Part shown: positions 57,912-60,212 of the stretch, in pieces | Numbering within the stretch: position 1 is the first letter of the stretch | How the letters are laid out: every line of letters starts with the position of its first letter | Origin: Nocardioides sp. | Lineage (GTDB): Bacteria; Actinomycetota; Actinomycetes; Propionibacteriales; Nocardioidaceae | Assembly (NCBI RefSeq): GCF_036401255.1 | Contig: NZ_DASWVI010000147.1 | Coordinates: 1-60,212 of the forward strand | Direction of reading: 5' to 3' | DNA: 60,212 bases | The notes under the pieces: generated by a model | Databases searched by the model: none | The model's input: only the letters and a program-made list of their open reading frames with translations | What the model was told of the DNA's origin: nothing | Translations under genes and position numbers: made by a program

Positions 57912-59336
57912 TCACGCGCCGCGGGCCGCCCGGAGCCCGGGGTCGCGGATCGTCAGCCACGAGACCACCCCGCCCACGGCGAGCAGCACCGCGCACACGA
58001 TCGTGGCGGAGCCGTACGCCGCGTCGAACGTCGCCGGGTCGGCGTAGTCCTCCCCGCCGATCCCGACCGCGGCCGGCAGCGCCGCGACCGCGAGCAGCGA
58101 TCCGGCCCGTGCGACGGCGTTGTTGACCCCGCTCGCGATGCCGGCGTGCTCGTCGGCCACCGCGGCCAGCGCGGTCGCGGTCAGGGGCGCGACCATCAGC
58201 GCGAGCCCGAGCCCGAACACCACCAGGCCCGGCAGCACGTCGGTCCAGTAGCCCAGGTCCGGCCCGACCCGGAGCAGCAGCAGGGTGCCCACGGCCATGA
58301 CCAGCGGCCCCAGCGTCATCGGCACCCGCGGCCCGATCCGGGCCGCGAGCGCACCGCCCCGCGCGGCGAGCAGCAGCATGCAGACCGTGATCGGCAGCGT
58401 GGCCACGCCGGCGCGCAGCGCGCCGTACCCGCTCACCGTCTGCAGCTGCAGGACGAGGAAGAACAGCATCGCCCCGAGCGCGGCGTACACGACGAACGTC
58501 ATCGCGTTCGCGGCGGCGAACGTGCGGTCCGCGAAGATGCCGAGGGGCAGCATCGGGTGGTCGCTGCGCCGCTCGTCGGCGACGTACGCCGCGGCCGCGA
58601 GGACGGCGACGGCCACGGCCCAGGGCGCGAGCGGGCCACCCCACTCGATCAGTGCGTACGTCAGGCCGGCGAGGCCGAGCGCGGCCAGCAGCGCCCCGGC
58701 GACGTCGAGCCGGCGCGGTGCGCCCGGGTCGAGCGTCTCGGGCACGGCGCGCCGGGCGACGACGACGGTGATCGCGGCGATCGGCAGGTTGACCAGGAAG
58801 ATCCACCGCCAGCTCGCGTACTGCACCAGTCCGCCTCCGACGAACGGCCCGACCGCGGCGGCGACGCTGGTCAGGCCCGACCAGGACCCGATCGCCCGGG
58901 ACCGGTCCCCGGGGACGAAGGCACCCTGGATCATCGCGAGGCTGCCCGGCGTCAGCAGCGCCGCGCCGACACCCTGGAGGATCCGCGCGCCGATCAGGAC
59001 CGCGGGCGTCGGCGCGAGCCCGCAGGCCAGCGACGCCGCCGCGAACCACACCGTGCCCAGGACGAACACCCGGCGCCGCCCGAACCGGTCCCCGAGCGAG
59101 CCGCCGAGCAGGATCAGGCTCGCCAGCGAGAGCAGGTAACCGTTGGTGATCCACTGCAGCTGGGCCAACGAGGCGTCCAGGTCGGCGCCGATCGTGCGGA
59201 GCGCGACGTTGACGACCGTGCCGTCGAGCATCGTCATCCCCGACCCCAGCACCGCGGCCGTGACCACGGCCCGGCCGGTCGGCGTGCCGATCCGGACCGT
59301 GCCGCCCGTCCCGGCCGATCCGGTGGGGTCGCCCAC
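57912..59336 (-). CDS. DHA2-type MFS transporter
   Basis: LDGTVVNVAL, GSLGDRFGRRRVF, WRWIFLVNLP; about 14 TM helices; GTG 7 nt after TAGGGT. Confidence 0.92.
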   Translation of the reverse strand: MGDPTGSAGTGGTVRIGTPTGRAVVTAAVLGSGMTMLDGTVVNVALRTIGADLDASLAQLQWITNGYLLSLASLILLGGSLGDRFGRRRVFVLGTVWFAAASLACGLAPTPAVLIGARILQGVGAALLTPGSLAMIQGAFVPGDRSRAIGSWSGLTSVAAAVGPFVGGGLVQYASWRWIFLVNLPIAAITVVVARRAVPETLDPGAPRRLDVAGALLAALGLAGLTYALIEWGGPLAPWAVAVAVLAAAAYVADERRSDHPMLPLGIFADRTFAAANAMTFVVYAALGAMLFFLVLQLQTVSGYGALRAGVATLPITVCMLLLAARGGALAARIGPRVPMTLGPLVMAVGTLLLLRVGPDLGYWTDVLPGLVVFGLGLALMVAPLTATALAAVADEHAGIASGVNNAVARAGSLLAVAALPAAVGIGGEDYADPATFDAAYGSATIVCAVLLAVGGVVSWLTIRDPGLRAARGA

Positions 59337-59410
59337 GCCGAACACCCTAGGCGGTCGGCTCAGGGAAAACCCCGATGTAGGCGACCCTCACCTCGACCTA
59401 GGATCCGGCA

Positions 59411-60212
59411 ATGGCGCGCGCATCGACCTCCGAGCGGCGGCTCCGCGACCACGTGGACCGCCTCGGCCACGAGCACCCTCCGATCGACCTCGCGACCGTC
59501 GACTACACGGTCCGGCGCCCCGGGGTGCTGGGCGACCGGTTCGGGCACGTGCTCGACTACATGGCCCGCGTCGAGCTCGAGGTCGACCGCAACGTGCTCG
59601 AGCTGACCACGCTGTTGCCGGATCCGCCGGAGGTGGACCGCCGTTTCTACGCCGAGGTGTGGCAGCCGCAGGAGATCCGGCACGGTCTGATCCTCGACGC
59701 GCTCCAGGTCCGGCTGGGCCGGCCGGCGGCGGTGGCCGACCTGACCTCGGTGAGCATGAAGATGCGGGTGCTCGGGGCGCTGGCCCACCTCGACGCGTTC
59801 CAGGACGTGTGCCGGATGCTCTACTACCTCACCGGCATGGCGACCGAGCGTTCGGCGGTCATCGCCTACAACCTGCTGCACGGCGGCGTCACCGAGCTCG
59901 GCGAGCACGCGGTCGCCGACACCGTGATCGCGCCGATCCGGCGCCAGGAGCCGGGGCACTACGCGTTCTACCAGCTCTCCGCACGGGGGCTCTGGGCCGA
60001 GCTGGCCGGCTGGCAGCGGTGGCTCGTGCGTCGCATGCGCCGGCTCTCCTTCGCGCCGGTCGGAGCCAACGACGCCGCCCAGGTCGCGGACTTCGGCGCG
60101 GTGATGCGCACGCTCGGGATCGACCAGGACACCGACGGGTTCGCGGCCCAGGTGGCCCGGGTCGAGCGCGACCTGCTGTGGGCGCACCGGCGCGGGCTGC
60201 GGGTGCCGGCGT
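59411..60212 (+). CDS. ferritin-like di-iron protein (acyl-ACP desaturase-like), runs off window end
   Basis: Manual translation MARASTSERRLRDHVDRLG...MARVELE...WQPQEIRHG...MATERSA...RRQEPGHYAFY shows two E...ExxH sets. TAGGAT 6 nt before the ATG. Confidence 0.75.
   Translation, partial: MARASTSERRLRDHVDRLGHEHPPIDLATVDYTVRRPGVLGDRFGHVLDYMARVELEVDRNVLELTTLLPDPPEVDRRFYAEVWQPQEIRHGLILDALQVRLGRPAAVADLTSVSMKMRVLGALAHLDAFQDVCRMLYYLTGMATERSAVIAYNLLHGGVTELGEHAVADTVIAPIRRQEPGHYAFYQLSARGLWAELAGWQRWLVRRMRRLSFAPVGANDAAQVADFGAVMRTLGIDQDTDGFAAQVARVERDLLWAHRRGLRVPA

Overview
This is a very GC-rich actinobacterial chromosome segment. Gene content and repeat families suggest Nocardioides or a relative, which is an inference. 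About 65 CDS are supported; no rRNA, tRNA, CRISPR array, transposase or integrase was seen. Housekeeping content: Fpg/Nei glycosylase, aat, a leucine-catabolism operon (methylcrotonyl-CoA carboxylase beta/alpha, HMG-CoA lyase), metY-metX, a CsoR-family MMPL/thioredoxin/DUF302 module, SNF2+SWIM, RecQ-like helicase, M13 and M15 peptidases and purU. The standout region is a ~20 kb Tad/Flp pilus locus (27.2-47.8 kb) with its own two-component system. It encodes two large proteins that share an N-terminal Flp-prepilin + two-Cys module but carry unrelated C-terminal domains (an SGNH lipase; a beta-rich unknown domain), each coupled to lipoprotein or membrane-protein genes. Both cassettes and the major pilin gene share one promoter architecture: GGGCCC-like hexamers spaced 12 then 8 bp, ending 23 bp before a -10 box. 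This pattern suggests a Tad-displayed or Tad-delivered polymorphic effector system. Other notable points: a TadZ ATPase fused to a TadE pseudopilin through a prepilin cleavage site, palindromic REP-like elements lying in frame inside both carboxylase subunits, and a TetR separated by 8 kb from its likely target operon. Start codons were refined by eye; no database searches were run.
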